Shown here piece after piece: positions 1 to 8,197 of a DNA stretch of 64,000 nt. Source of the stretch: a virus. Both the position numbers and the translations under genes were made by a program. Numbering within the stretch: the stretch's first letter is position 1; every line of letters starts with the position of its first letter. A model generated the notes under the pieces. That model was not told the DNA's origin, did no database searches, and worked only from the letters and a program-made list of their open reading frames with translations. The stretch is from the IMG/VR virus record IMGVR_UViG_3300035701_000002. One strand, written 5' to 3'.

Positions 1-369
1 CAGCACGCCCGTCCTCCGGGGGATGCGCATGCGCACCTCCTCGAGGACCCTCTCGAGCTCGTCGACCTTGTCGGGCCTGAGAATCTGCCGAAGCTCCTCG
101 TAGTCGAGCTTGTTCACGGCCATGGCCGTGGCCTGGAGGGCCCTCTCGATCTTTAGGATGGTCTCCGGGATCGCATGGATCATGTCGCCGGCGACCGCGT
201 AGAGGTGATCCCGCTGGTTCGAGGCGTTGACCAGGTCCAGAGCGCGGACGATGTAGTTCTTGAGCTCATCCAGGCGGAGCCGAGCGTCGCTAAGCTCCTC
301 CTGGATGTAGATCGTGGCACCGGCAGTCCTGTGGATCATGCCAAGCGCAACCATCAAAGCCCTGAAGAC

Positions 370-809
370 TCAGCCGCGGGCGGTTACATTCCAACGCTTT
401 CCGTGCTTGACGAGGTATGAAGCGGCCCCGTCAAGCACGGAAACAGAGTCCTGGAAGTACCCCAGACCTAGATTGCACTTATGGCACAGCAAACCACGTA
501 CTTTCCCGGTCTCATGGTCATGGTCCACTGACAGACGAATGCGCTCGGGAGCGACGCTGCATATGGCGCAGACTCCTCCTTGGCTCTGAAGGAGAAGCTG
601 TACTCGTCCAGAGTGATACCGTAGACACGACGAAGATCACAGTCTATCCGGGCTTCCAGGTTGTTCTTCCTATATTCCTTGAGATAGGCCAGATGCTCGT
701 CGCGATTGTCGACATGGCGTCGCTTTGCGGCAGCGCGGAGCTTCTCCCGGTTCTCCTTCCGATAAAGATCGCTCCGCGCTTTCGCAACCGCCGGGTCTTT
801 GTACGGCAT
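370..809 (-). pseudogene. HNH endonuclease with internal -1 frameshift (phage HNH family: N-terminal basic repeats, YGITLDEY, then CAIC...VDHDHETGKVRGLLCHKCNLGLGYFQD in the -1 frame)
   Basis: The listed ORF 468..809 translates to ...RVYGITLDEYSFSF... and ends CCAISAI*. Re-translating the minus strand one frame over from about nt 600 gives QLLLQSQGGVCAICSVAPERIRLSVDHDHETGKVRGLLCHKCNLGLGYFQDSVSVLDGAASYLVKHGKRWNVTARG*, which stops at 370. The two frames join exactly at DEY|QLL, so the HNH catalytic core is out of frame. Confidence 0.6.
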
Positions 810-1864
810 CAGCCGCCGAATTGACGAGGATAAGCCTTAGTAAGCGCTTTCCGCATCTGGTCCCCCTCGGCAGCATAGAGGGCTTCGAGGAAGGTCGGAG
901 TGGCGCCGTGCTCCTTGACGTTGCTGAGCCTCTCCGCGAGCTTTCCGGAGAAGGACCAGTCGGCCGGGAAGCTCGGGTCGATCCTTCGGGCCATGCGGAT
1001 CTTCGGACTGACGGAAACGTCGATCTTCTCGGCCTTGCCGGCGGGCTTCTGAACGTGGCCGTTCTGTCCGCCGTTCTTCTTCTCGTTGCGGATGTTGCTC
1101 GTGTCCCTGACCTCGATGCCCTCGGAGACGGGCTTCGTGTGGCGGACCTTGCCGACCACCGTCCCATCGTCGTCCTGGGACACCTGCGCCCTGCGGTCGA
1201 CGGATCCGACGTTCGTCCTGATCGACACGCCCTCCTTCTGGACGGTCTTGCCGTTCGGGATGAAGCCGGACCCCGTGAGGTTCTCGAGTTTCTCCTTGAG
1301 GCCGGCCTTGCCGGCGTCGTAGACGTTGCCCTTGAAGCTGGCAGCCGTCCTGACGCGCCCAACCGTGACGCCCTCCTGCTGCTCGGCCGCGCCGGACTCG
1401 ACGCGCATGCCAGCCCGGTGGTTGTTCTCCCGGGTCATGACCCGGGGCTGCGCCCGAGGGTCGGCCTTGGTGTTCGGACGACGGTCGGCTACGTCGAGGA
1501 CGGTCTCCTCGTCGAGCGAGTCCGTCTGGAGCTGCTGAACGCCGCCGCGCTGGACCTTACTGAGGTCCCGGTTGACGGAAGTGGCGTTCGCGATGTTCCG
1601 CGAAGGCGAGACGGCGGAAACGCCGCCCTCATCGTCGGCGGACGTCGTGACCCATCCCTCCTTGACCGCCCCCCTGGTCTGCGGGGACGCGATCTCGGCA
1701 CCGCCGTACTTCAGGATGCTCCCGTCGTACTCGAACTCGTCGCCGGACTGGATGTCGACGGGGTTCGAACCGCCGACGCGGATCTTCATCCGAGCATAGA
1801 ACTTGAGGAACTTGCCCCGCTGCCACTTGATGTCCATGTGAAAGACTCCCTTCGAGTCCAACAC
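809..1864 (-). CDS. hypothetical protein (351 aa)
   Basis: Long ORF with ordinary amino-acid composition. Its stop overlaps the HNH start (ATGA). An AT-rich promoter-like island lies upstream at 1865-1911. Confidence 0.5.
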   Translation of the reverse strand: MLDSKGVFHMDIKWQRGKFLKFYARMKIRVGGSNPVDIQSGDEFEYDGSILKYGGAEIASPQTRGAVKEGWVTTSADDEGGVSAVSPSRNIANATSVNRDLSKVQRGGVQQLQTDSLDEETVLDVADRRPNTKADPRAQPRVMTRENNHRAGMRVESGAAEQQEGVTVGRVRTAASFKGNVYDAGKAGLKEKLENLTGSGFIPNGKTVQKEGVSIRTNVGSVDRRAQVSQDDDGTVVGKVRHTKPVSEGIEVRDTSNIRNEKKNGGQNGHVQKPAGKAEKIDVSVSPKIRMARRIDPSFPADWSFSGKLAERLSNVKEHGATPTFLEALYAAEGDQMRKALTKAYPRQFGG

Positions 1865-1911
1865 CCTACGACAGAGTGAGCGCGGTCGTTATAAAAATTT
1901 CAAAACGAACG

Positions 1912-2322
1912 TTACTTGATGTCGCGGCGCTTCGGAGCGCTGGTGACGACATCCTCCTCGGAGGCGTCGTCGCGCTTCTGGCCTGCGCCCGGGGACTTGA
2001 TTTCGTCGATGAAGTTGTCGACATCCTTCCTGAGGCTGTTGAGGGCCGGGACGATCTTCTCGTCCTCGGTCTGCTTCTTGGCAAAGCCGAAGGCCGAGTC
2101 GACGTCCTTCCCCTCGTCGAGGTCCCACGAGGTGAGCTCGATCTCGTCCTGGGCGAGCCTGACCATGTCGGCGGCGATCCTGCGGACGCGGTCCTCGCGG
2201 GTGAGGGCGAAGAGGACCCTCCGCAGGTCGGACCTCACAGCCCCGCGGTCCGGGCTCGCGCTGGAGTCGACTCCGGCAGCGATCTGGCGCAGAGAGGCGG
2301 CTACACGTGCGGGCGTGGTCAT
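1912..2322 (-). CDS. hypothetical protein (start uncertain; first ~35 codons of listed ORF are antisense to a TM helix of the next gene)
   Basis: ORF 1912..2427 has a charged, normal-looking C-terminal two-thirds. An internal Met at 2322 avoids overlap with the divergent gene starting at 2366. Confidence 0.35.
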   Translation of the reverse strand: MTTPARVAASLRQIAAGVDSSASPDRGAVRSDLRRVLFALTREDRVRRIAADMVRLAQDEIELTSWDLDEGKDVDSAFGFAKKQTEDEKIVPALNSLRKDVDNFIDEIKSPGAGQKRDDASEEDVVTSAPKRRDIK

Positions 2323-2365
2323 GTCGAGAGCGCCCATCAAAGGCCTCGCGAATGTCTTATCCGGG

Positions 2366-4360
2366 ATGTCCAGAAGAAGGAAAGTGCTAACGGCCGTCAC
2401 AGTAGTCCTGGTACTGGCCGCCTTCACGTGGATGTCACTCCCGTATGCGGTGAGGAGGGAGGTCAGAAGGAGGGCGGAGTCCAGAGGACTGAAGGCGGAG
2501 GTCGGGGACGTGAAAGTCCGGCCGGGGAGGATCGAGCTCCGGGACGTGAGAGTGTCGTCGGACCGGCTTCCGGTGAAGCCGTTCGTGATCGGAAAAGTGA
2601 CCGTGCTGACATCGTGGCTCGAGGCTCAGGAAGTAGAGGCGGACGGGGCGTCGCTGGAGATCGACGGGGACGCGGTAGACCTGGTCAAAAAGGTCCAGGA
2701 CATGAAGGGCAAGAGGGAGGGCGGAGGATCCGTGAGGGCGTCCGTGAAGAACTTCAGGATCACGTGGGCCGGCCCATGCTCCGGGTCCGGATCGGCGAGC
2801 GCGGAGGGAGTTTCAGCCTCGTCAGGAACACTGACCGCCGACTCGGTGAGCATATCGTGCTACGGGGTTTCGACAACCGCCCAGAACGTGTCCGCGGGGA
2901 AGGGGCAGGCGAACGCGAAGAGCGTGGAAGCCAAGTATGGTGGATACGTGCTGAGGGCGAGCGGGGTGACCGCAGGTCCGGACGAGAAAGACCTTTGGTC
3001 AAAGCCGTGGGCCAGAGCCGACTCGGCGACGCTGGAAGCGCACGGGGCGACGTTGGAGGCAAAGACAGTGAGGGCGTCGGCCGACGCCATCGAGAGGAGC
3101 GCGAAGGCGGGGGCCGGGACAGCAGTCTTGAAGTACGAAGGCCTTCAGGGCGACGTGCTGGCCGAGAACGTGGAGGTGGGGGCTTCCGGAAAGAAAGAGG
3201 GAGAGCTCGAGCTATCAGTGTCGACGAAGAGCCTCAGCGGCGTGTATAAGGCCGTGACCGGGGACGGCGTAACGGCCATGTCCCTGTCCGGGGGCGGGAC
3301 CATATCGTGGGGGAAGAACTACTCGAAGCCGTGGGGCGCGAGAGGGTGGAGGTTCGCGCTCGGAAGCGCCACAGCGTACGCCAAGGCTGAGGTCAGGGAG
3401 GACGGGTTCTCTGCGGAAGCCGCCCTCGGAGATCCGGGAGGTAGCGGAGCTGCGTGCAATGACCTGCTCACGTCCATCCCGAAGGGGATGGTCCCGAAGC
3501 TCGACGGCTTCGCCGCCGAGGGGCGCGTCCAGGCGGGCGTAAAGGTCGACATGAAAAAGGAGGCGGTCGTACAGGTGACCCTGAAGAACGGATGCAAGTT
3601 CGTCTCGTGGCCAGACAGCATGTCGCCGAAGTCATTGAAGCGAAAGTTCTCGAGGACCGTATACGGGGTGAGGGGAGAGCCCGTCGAGCTGGATTCGGGC
3701 CCCGGGACGAAGGACTGGGTTCCGTACCTGAGGATGTCAAGATTCCTGACAGCGGCCGTCCAGACGACGGAGGACCCGGGGTTCTTCAGGCACAAGGGCG
3801 TGGACGTCGGGGCGGTGGAGAACTCGATCAAGCAGGACATCGAGTCCGGGAAGTTCGTACGGGGGGCGAGCACGGTGACCATGCAGCTGGCGAAGAACCT
3901 GTGGCTCACGAGGTCCAAGACGATCTCGAGGAAAGTGCAGGAAGCGTTCCTCACAACGTACCTGGAGCAGGTTCTGACGAAGGAGGAGATACTCGAGCTC
4001 TACTTCAACATAGTGGAGTTCGGACCGATGCTGTACGGAGTAGGTCCGGCCTCAAGGAAGTACTTCGGGTCGCCTCCGGACGAACTGTCTCTCGGGCAGT
4101 CGTTGTTCCTGACGTCAGTCCTTCCGAGCCCGAAGGCGCAGTGGTTCGGACCTGACGGAAAGATTCAGGAGTCGAGGATGAAGTGGCTCCACGCCATCAT
4201 GGAGACAATGAGGAAAAGGAACCTGGTGTCGGAGGGCGAGCTTCAGGACGGACTTGCGGAGTGGCTGGTGCTAGGGAAGTCCGACCCTGACATCAGGGTT
4301 CCCGAGGCGGGGCCGGTTATCGTGAATCCGGGAGGGCTGGACCCGGACTGGGGACACTGA
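2366..4360 (+). CDS. membrane-anchored AsmA-like protein fused to a C-terminal GT51 peptidoglycan glycosyltransferase (transglycosylase) domain
   Basis: N-terminal TM segment VLTAVTVVLVLAAFTW is followed by an AsmA-like stretch (LKAEVGDVKVRPGRIELRDVRVSSDRLP...). The C-terminus carries GT51 motifs: EDPGFFRHKGVD, TVTMQLAKNLWL, and RKVQEAFLTTYLEQVLTKEEILELYFNIVEFG. The upstream 1916..2365 part of the listed ORF is Ser/Arg-rich and is taken to be non-coding overlap. Confidence 0.6.
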   Translation: MSRRRKVLTAVTVVLVLAAFTWMSLPYAVRREVRRRAESRGLKAEVGDVKVRPGRIELRDVRVSSDRLPVKPFVIGKVTVLTSWLEAQEVEADGASLEIDGDAVDLVKKVQDMKGKREGGGSVRASVKNFRITWAGPCSGSGSASAEGVSASSGTLTADSVSISCYGVSTTAQNVSAGKGQANAKSVEAKYGGYVLRASGVTAGPDEKDLWSKPWARADSATLEAHGATLEAKTVRASADAIERSAKAGAGTAVLKYEGLQGDVLAENVEVGASGKKEGELELSVSTKSLSGVYKAVTGDGVTAMSLSGGGTISWGKNYSKPWGARGWRFALGSATAYAKAEVREDGFSAEAALGDPGGSGAACNDLLTSIPKGMVPKLDGFAAEGRVQAGVKVDMKKEAVVQVTLKNGCKFVSWPDSMSPKSLKRKFSRTVYGVRGEPVELDSGPGTKDWVPYLRMSRFLTAAVQTTEDPGFFRHKGVDVGAVENSIKQDIESGKFVRGASTVTMQLAKNLWLTRSKTISRKVQEAFLTTYLEQVLTKEEILELYFNIVEFGPMLYGVGPASRKYFGSPPDELSLGQSLFLTSVLPSPKAQWFGPDGKIQESRMKWLHAIMETMRKRNLVSEGELQDGLAEWLVLGKSDPDIRVPEAGPVIVNPGGLDPDWGH

Positions 4361-4572
4361 TGAGGGTGTCCGCCAGGACCGGGCATCACTGGATGGTAAG
4401 GGTCCGGTTCATCGGGGATGGGGAGGAGTGGAACGTCGTCTACTGCGCCCGGTGCGGACACGAGATGAACATGAACTATCCGCCGCCGGACGACTGGCTG
4501 GACGTCCTGACGATGACGAAGATCCCTCCGTCGTGCGACGAAAACGCGGTCCTCAGGGTGATGGAGGACTAG
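4360..4572 (+). CDS. small zinc-ribbon protein, HDW/CxxC paralog family, C-terminal tail LRVMED
   Basis: 70 aa with ...GHHW...EEWNVVYCARCG...PSC... and tail AVLRVMED*. Its ATG overlaps the stop of the GT51 gene (ATGA). Confidence 0.5.
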   Translation: MRVSARTGHHWMVRVRFIGDGEEWNVVYCARCGHEMNMNYPPPDDWLDVLTMTKIPPSCDENAVLRVMED

Positions 4573-4853
4573 CGGGAGTAGTCGAGGACCCGGGCGGACG
4601 GGTCCGTCCCGGAGGCGACCCTGCCCATGGCGTCCTTGAAGGCCTTGCGGTCCATGACGTCCACCGGCGAGGCAATGGCGGGCGACAGCCGCCGGCCCCC
4701 GCCGCCAGGGATGCGGGCGGGCATGGCGGCGTCCTTGACCTGGAGGAGGAGGCGCTTCATCTCGGCGGCCACGGCGGCAACGCTCGGACGGCCGGACTCG
4801 TCGATCCCGTCGGCGAGAAGCCTGAGTCTTCGGGAGAGCTCGTCAGGGGTCAT
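4569..4853 (-). CDS. hypothetical protein (94 aa)
   Basis: ORF with normal composition, convergent with the 4360 gene. Confidence 0.4.
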   Translation of the reverse strand: MTPDELSRRLRLLADGIDESGRPSVAAVAAEMKRLLLQVKDAAMPARIPGGGGRRLSPAIASPVDVMDRKAFKDAMGRVASGTDPSARVLDYSR

Positions 4854-4868
4854 GAAGGACCGTACCCG

Positions 4869-5672
4869 TCATGAGTCGCCGGGAGGGGTGACGGGGCCGC
4901 CGATATACTCGGAGACGTCCACGCCCAAGGCGTGGGCGCCCGTGGCGAGCCTGACGGCCTCGGTCCGGGCGTCCTCCTTGGAGAGCCCGGCCTCGAGGCG
5001 AAGCCAGGCGTAGAGGACGAGCCACGCACCATCCGCATGGCCAAAGTAGTGATGGGCATAGATGCCTGGGGAGACAGTCTTCGCAGCCCCAACCGGGCCC
5101 ATGGCGAGGACGGAGCCGCGGAGGCCCACCCAAACGCGCGGAATCTCGAGCCCGGAGTCCGGGGACGTGGCCCACAAAATCGTCTGGCAGACGGTCTCGG
5201 CCTGCTCGGGGGTAGGCACGACGTACTTCCCTCCGGCGGCCCACGGGGCGCTCTGGATGACGTCCGTCCAGGGCCCGCCGGAGGGCGCGATCTTCGGGTC
5301 GTACGGGTTCACGGTCTCGACGCCCACGGACGGGCCGTTGTGCTGAGAGGCGTGCCACAGGAGGTCGGTCGCGAGGTCCCCGTGCTGGTATAGGGTCCCG
5401 TCCGCGTCCGCAATGAAGTGAACCCCGAGGCCCCTGCCGCCGGGGTTGGAGGCGGACTTCGGCTGAAGGACCTGGACGGTGCTCTTCCAGCTCCGCGTCA
5501 CCGTCTCATGGACGACGAACTCCGTGACCGGGGAGGTCCTCTTCTGGTTCGAGAACCTGTAGACGGAGGGGTCCAGGAAGTTCTTCACGGACACGCCGTC
5601 GGGCGGGGCCACGGGCTTTCCGTCCACGATCACCATCTCGGAATCGGAAAGATACGGGTTGTCGTCGGCCAT
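4869..5672 (-). CDS. N-acetylmuramoyl-L-alanine amidase (amidase_2 / PGRP / T7-lysozyme fold), endolysin candidate
   Basis: Motifs VVHETVT and GLGVHFIADADGTLYQHGDLATDLLWHASQHNGPSVGVETVN are present. The start is placed at internal Met MADDNPY (5672), because the upstream part of the listed 351-aa ORF is Ser/Gly/Pro-rich overlap. Confidence 0.7.
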   Translation of the reverse strand: MADDNPYLSDSEMVIVDGKPVAPPDGVSVKNFLDPSVYRFSNQKRTSPVTEFVVHETVTRSWKSTVQVLQPKSASNPGGRGLGVHFIADADGTLYQHGDLATDLLWHASQHNGPSVGVETVNPYDPKIAPSGGPWTDVIQSAPWAAGGKYVVPTPEQAETVCQTILWATSPDSGLEIPRVWVGLRGSVLAMGPVGAAKTVSPGIYAHHYFGHADGAWLVLYAWLRLEAGLSKEDARTEAVRLATGAHALGVDVSEYIGGPVTPPGDS

Positions 5673-5688
5673 GTCTGACCGTACCCGG

Positions 5689-6078
5689 TCATAGGCGGGC
5701 GACGAGCCTGGCAAACCGCTTCCTGAGATTCCTACGGGTACGCACCACGGCCCTGGGCCGGAGATCGTGCTCCCAGAGGACCCAGACGGTCCATCCGAGG
5801 CAGCGGAGCTCGCGGCGCGTCCTCCGGTCGCGAAGGACGTTCTTCCGGAGTTTGTCCTTCCAGAAGGCGACGTTGGACTTGGGCTTGCTCCCATGGAGAG
5901 GACAACAGTGCCAGAAGCAACCATCGATGAACAATGCCAGTCGGAGAGAGTAGACGACGACGTCGGGGGAGCCGGGGAGCGATGGGACGTTTAGGCGAAG
6001 ACGCCGCCCGGACAGCTCCCTCACTAGCTTTCGGAAGGCCACCTCGGGCTTGGTCCCGGAGGACCTGATCCGGGACAT
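5689..6078 (-). CDS. vsr: very-short-patch-repair-type (Vsr) DNA mismatch endonuclease
   Basis: MSRIRSSGTKPEVAFRKLV...LPGSPDVVVYSLRLALFIDGCFWHCCPLHGSKPKSNVAFWKDKLRKNVLRDRRTRRELRCLGWTVWVLWEHDL matches the Vsr family pattern. Start taken at Met 6078. Confidence 0.7.
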   Translation of the reverse strand: MSRIRSSGTKPEVAFRKLVRELSGRRLRLNVPSLPGSPDVVVYSLRLALFIDGCFWHCCPLHGSKPKSNVAFWKDKLRKNVLRDRRTRRELRCLGWTVWVLWEHDLRPRAVVRTRRNLRKRFARLVARL

Positions 6079-6147
6079 GATCTTGGAGCGTTTGCGCTTG
6101 GAGAAGACGTCCGTCACGAGGGTGAGCCTTTGGTAGAGTGATCGGGC

Positions 6148-6654
6148 ATGGCGTTCCTGGGAATAAGGGTACCCGCGGCCGCGGCGGCAGAACTGTCGTC
6201 CATCGCAGTGCCGGAAGGCAGGCGGCTCGAGCCCGGGGAGATGCACATCACACTCCTCTACCTGGGGAAGGACACGCCCCTGGTGTCGGCCCTTGGGGCC
6301 GTCATGGGATCGCACACGGTGGCCAGGGCCTGGAAGCCGTTCACGGTCCACGCCGCCCTCCTCACAAGCTTCCCCAGGAACCCGGACGACGGGGTCCCGG
6401 TGATCGTCCGCGTCGTATCGGAGGAACTCATGAAGTTCCGCGAGGAGGTACGCAGGGCGATGGACCGGATGTCAGTACCGTACTCGAACAAGTACCCCGA
6501 GTACAAGCCGCACGTGACGCTGACCTACGTGGACGAGGAGGGCGTAGCCCCGTCCAGGATCAGGCCCGTGTCGTGGACCGTGGACAGGATGACGGTCTGG
6601 GCCGGCGAGGACATGGACAGCGTCGTCTCGTCGGACGTATACCTGATGGGCTAG
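6148..6654 (+). CDS. 2H phosphoesterase (LigT / 2'-5' RNA ligase / cyclic phosphodiesterase superfamily)
   Basis: Two H-x-T-x motifs (HITL and HVTL) lie about 95 residues apart in a 168-aa protein. The gene is divergent from vsr. Confidence 0.65.
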   Translation: MAFLGIRVPAAAAAELSSIAVPEGRRLEPGEMHITLLYLGKDTPLVSALGAVMGSHTVARAWKPFTVHAALLTSFPRNPDDGVPVIVRVVSEELMKFREEVRRAMDRMSVPYSNKYPEYKPHVTLTYVDEEGVAPSRIRPVSWTVDRMTVWAGEDMDSVVSSDVYLMG

Positions 6655-6935
6655 CCGAGCATGACCTCGGCAACGGAGAGGCGGTCAAGGACGTCGTGCT
6701 CAGAGAGGCCGAAAAAGCAAAGCCTGCAAGGTCCGCCCGGGCGGGGCCAGTCCACGGTGTAGACGTTCTGTCCGCCGGCTTTGTCGAGGGCGACCTCCTC
6801 GCGGCCCTTGTTGACGGAGTCCAGGGTGGAGACGTCCATGGCGAGGTCCGCGAGTCCGACGACGGAATCGGGCGGGAGGGAGTCAAGGACCGCGGAGATC
6901 CTGACGGCAGGGTCAAGTCTACCCATCCTGGACAC
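6651..6935 (-). CDS. hypothetical protein (94 aa)
   Basis: ORF with normal composition. Confidence 0.4.
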   Translation of the reverse strand: MSRMGRLDPAVRISAVLDSLPPDSVVGLADLAMDVSTLDSVNKGREEVALDKAGGQNVYTVDWPRPGGPCRLCFFGLSEHDVLDRLSVAEVMLG

Positions 6936-6958
6936 TACCCCCGGAGCCGTAAGGGGAC

Positions 6959-7261
6959 ATGAAAGGGCTGATAGACAGAGCGCTGAGGCTGCTCATGGAC
7001 GGTCTTCGCGGAATGGCAGCGGGAAGCCAGAGGCGAATGGCAGCCAAGTCGATCGTGAAGGTCGAGGCGGACGGCGGGTACCTTCTCAAGTGCGGGTGCC
7101 TCGTGCACGTCAAGCCGACGGACCTGAGGAGGATGATGGAGAACTTCGGGCCCGAGATCGTCCTCGAGGTGGAGCTCGAGGTTGCGAGCAACCACGAGCA
7201 CGCAGGCGCTCCAGCAAGGCGCTCCCGGACGAGGAAGCCCGTGGGGAAGACCGACCCCTAG
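6959..7261 (+). CDS. hypothetical protein (100 aa)
   Basis: ORF with normal composition; short plus-strand island. Confidence 0.4.
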   Translation: MKGLIDRALRLLMDGLRGMAAGSQRRMAAKSIVKVEADGGYLLKCGCLVHVKPTDLRRMMENFGPEIVLEVELEVASNHEHAGAPARRSRTRKPVGKTDP

Positions 7262-7905
7262 TCGTCCATGATGTCCGACACGAGGCGCTCCCTCCAGCTC
7301 TGAAGGAGGTCGTCCTCGGACAGGACGTCGTGGCTAAGGTTCTCGCGGACGAAGCGCTCGAGCCTCTTCATCTGGGAGACGCGCTCCTTGGCGACGAACT
7401 CGGCGACGGCCTTCTCCACTATCGGACCGGAGGACGCGCGGGCCTCGGACACGGCGGCTTCGACGGCGGCGCTGAGGGCGGCCAGGGGCTCATTTCCGAC
7501 CATCTTGTTGAGGATCTCGAAGACGGCCTTCCTGGATACGCGCAGGGAGACGGTGGGCGTGAACGACTTCTCGAGGCGCTCGACGACGTTCCCGGCGAGA
7601 TGGTTCCATCCGGACGCCAGGAGGACCTTGCCTGTGGACCACAGCAGGACGGACGCGTTGTTCGTCACGACCGTCTGCAGGCGGTTGTCGTATCCGAGGG
7701 AGACCTTCACGGCGCAGTCCGGCCCGGCCACGCGCGAGAGAAGGAGCTCGCGGGCGTGAAACACGAACGAGGACTCGTGCCTCCGGACGTACTCGAGCGA
7801 GTCCTCATCCCCGCACATGACGGGGACGATCAGTCCGAACCGGAAGGAGAGCCTGGAGGCGAGCTGCGAGTCCAGGACCGATAGGAGGGAGGCCCGGGCG
7901 TCCAA
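7258..7905 (-). CDS. hypothetical protein (215 aa)
   Basis: ORF with normal composition; ends ...LVSDIMDD*. Confidence 0.5.
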   Translation of the reverse strand: MDARASLLSVLDSQLASRLSFRFGLIVPVMCGDEDSLEYVRRHESSFVFHARELLLSRVAGPDCAVKVSLGYDNRLQTVVTNNASVLLWSTGKVLLASGWNHLAGNVVERLEKSFTPTVSLRVSRKAVFEILNKMVGNEPLAALSAAVEAAVSEARASSGPIVEKAVAEFVAKERVSQMKRLERFVRENLSHDVLSEDDLLQSWRERLVSDIMDD

Positions 7906-7907
7906 TG

Positions 7908-8090
7908 TCAGGCCTTCTTCTTGTCGGGCACCTGCTGCACGGACCTGACGGACAGGAGGACCTCGGACAGACCCCGCTCTTCGAGAATCGCCCTGGCGCT
8001 GTCGAGCATGGCGCCGGCCCGACCGGACCTCATGTCAGCCTGAAAGGACGAGACGACCCCGTCCTTGGAGACCCTGATTTCATATTTCAT
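7908..8090 (-). CDS. hypothetical small protein (60 aa)
   Basis: Short ORF directly downstream of the tRNA; 1-nt overlap with the tRNA 3' end. Confidence 0.3.
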   Translation of the reverse strand: MKYEIRVSKDGVVSSFQADMRSGRAGAMLDSARAILEERGLSEVLLSVRSVQQVPDKKKA

Positions 8091-8163
8091 GGCTGGGGAA
8101 CTAGGATTCGAACCCAGATAGCCAGATCCAGAGACTGGCGTCCTGCCGTTAGACGATTCCCCA
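8090..8163 (-). tRNA. tRNA-Gln: tRNA-Gln (anticodon CUG), bacterial type with U1-A72, G73 and encoded CCA
   Basis: Reverse complement reads TGGGGAATCGTCTAACGGCAGGACGCCAGTCTCTGGATCTGGCTATCTGGGTTCGAATCCTAGTTCCCCAGCCA. This folds with a 7-bp acceptor stem, D stem GTCT/GGAC with G18G19, and anticodon loop CUCUGGA (U33, CUG). The T arm is CTGGG-TTCGAAT-CCTAG. Overall architecture resembles E. coli tRNA-Gln. Confidence 0.8.
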
Positions 8164-8197
8164 TCTGACGGCAGGACTGTACAGCAAGCCTACCGGA

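Noticed and set aside
1876-3249. 457-aa plus-strand ORF rich in Gly/Arg/Glu overlapping the minus gene 1912..2322 and the start of the GT51 gene in another frame
   Set aside because: Composition (runs of G/R/E) typical of off-frame translation of high-GC DNA. The in-frame GT51 gene explains the region.
8090-8163. Possibility that the tRNA marks a prophage att site
   Set aside because: The tRNA is internal to a co-oriented gene run, and no integrase or direct repeat of the tRNA 3' end is seen in the window. It is treated as a phage-encoded tRNA.
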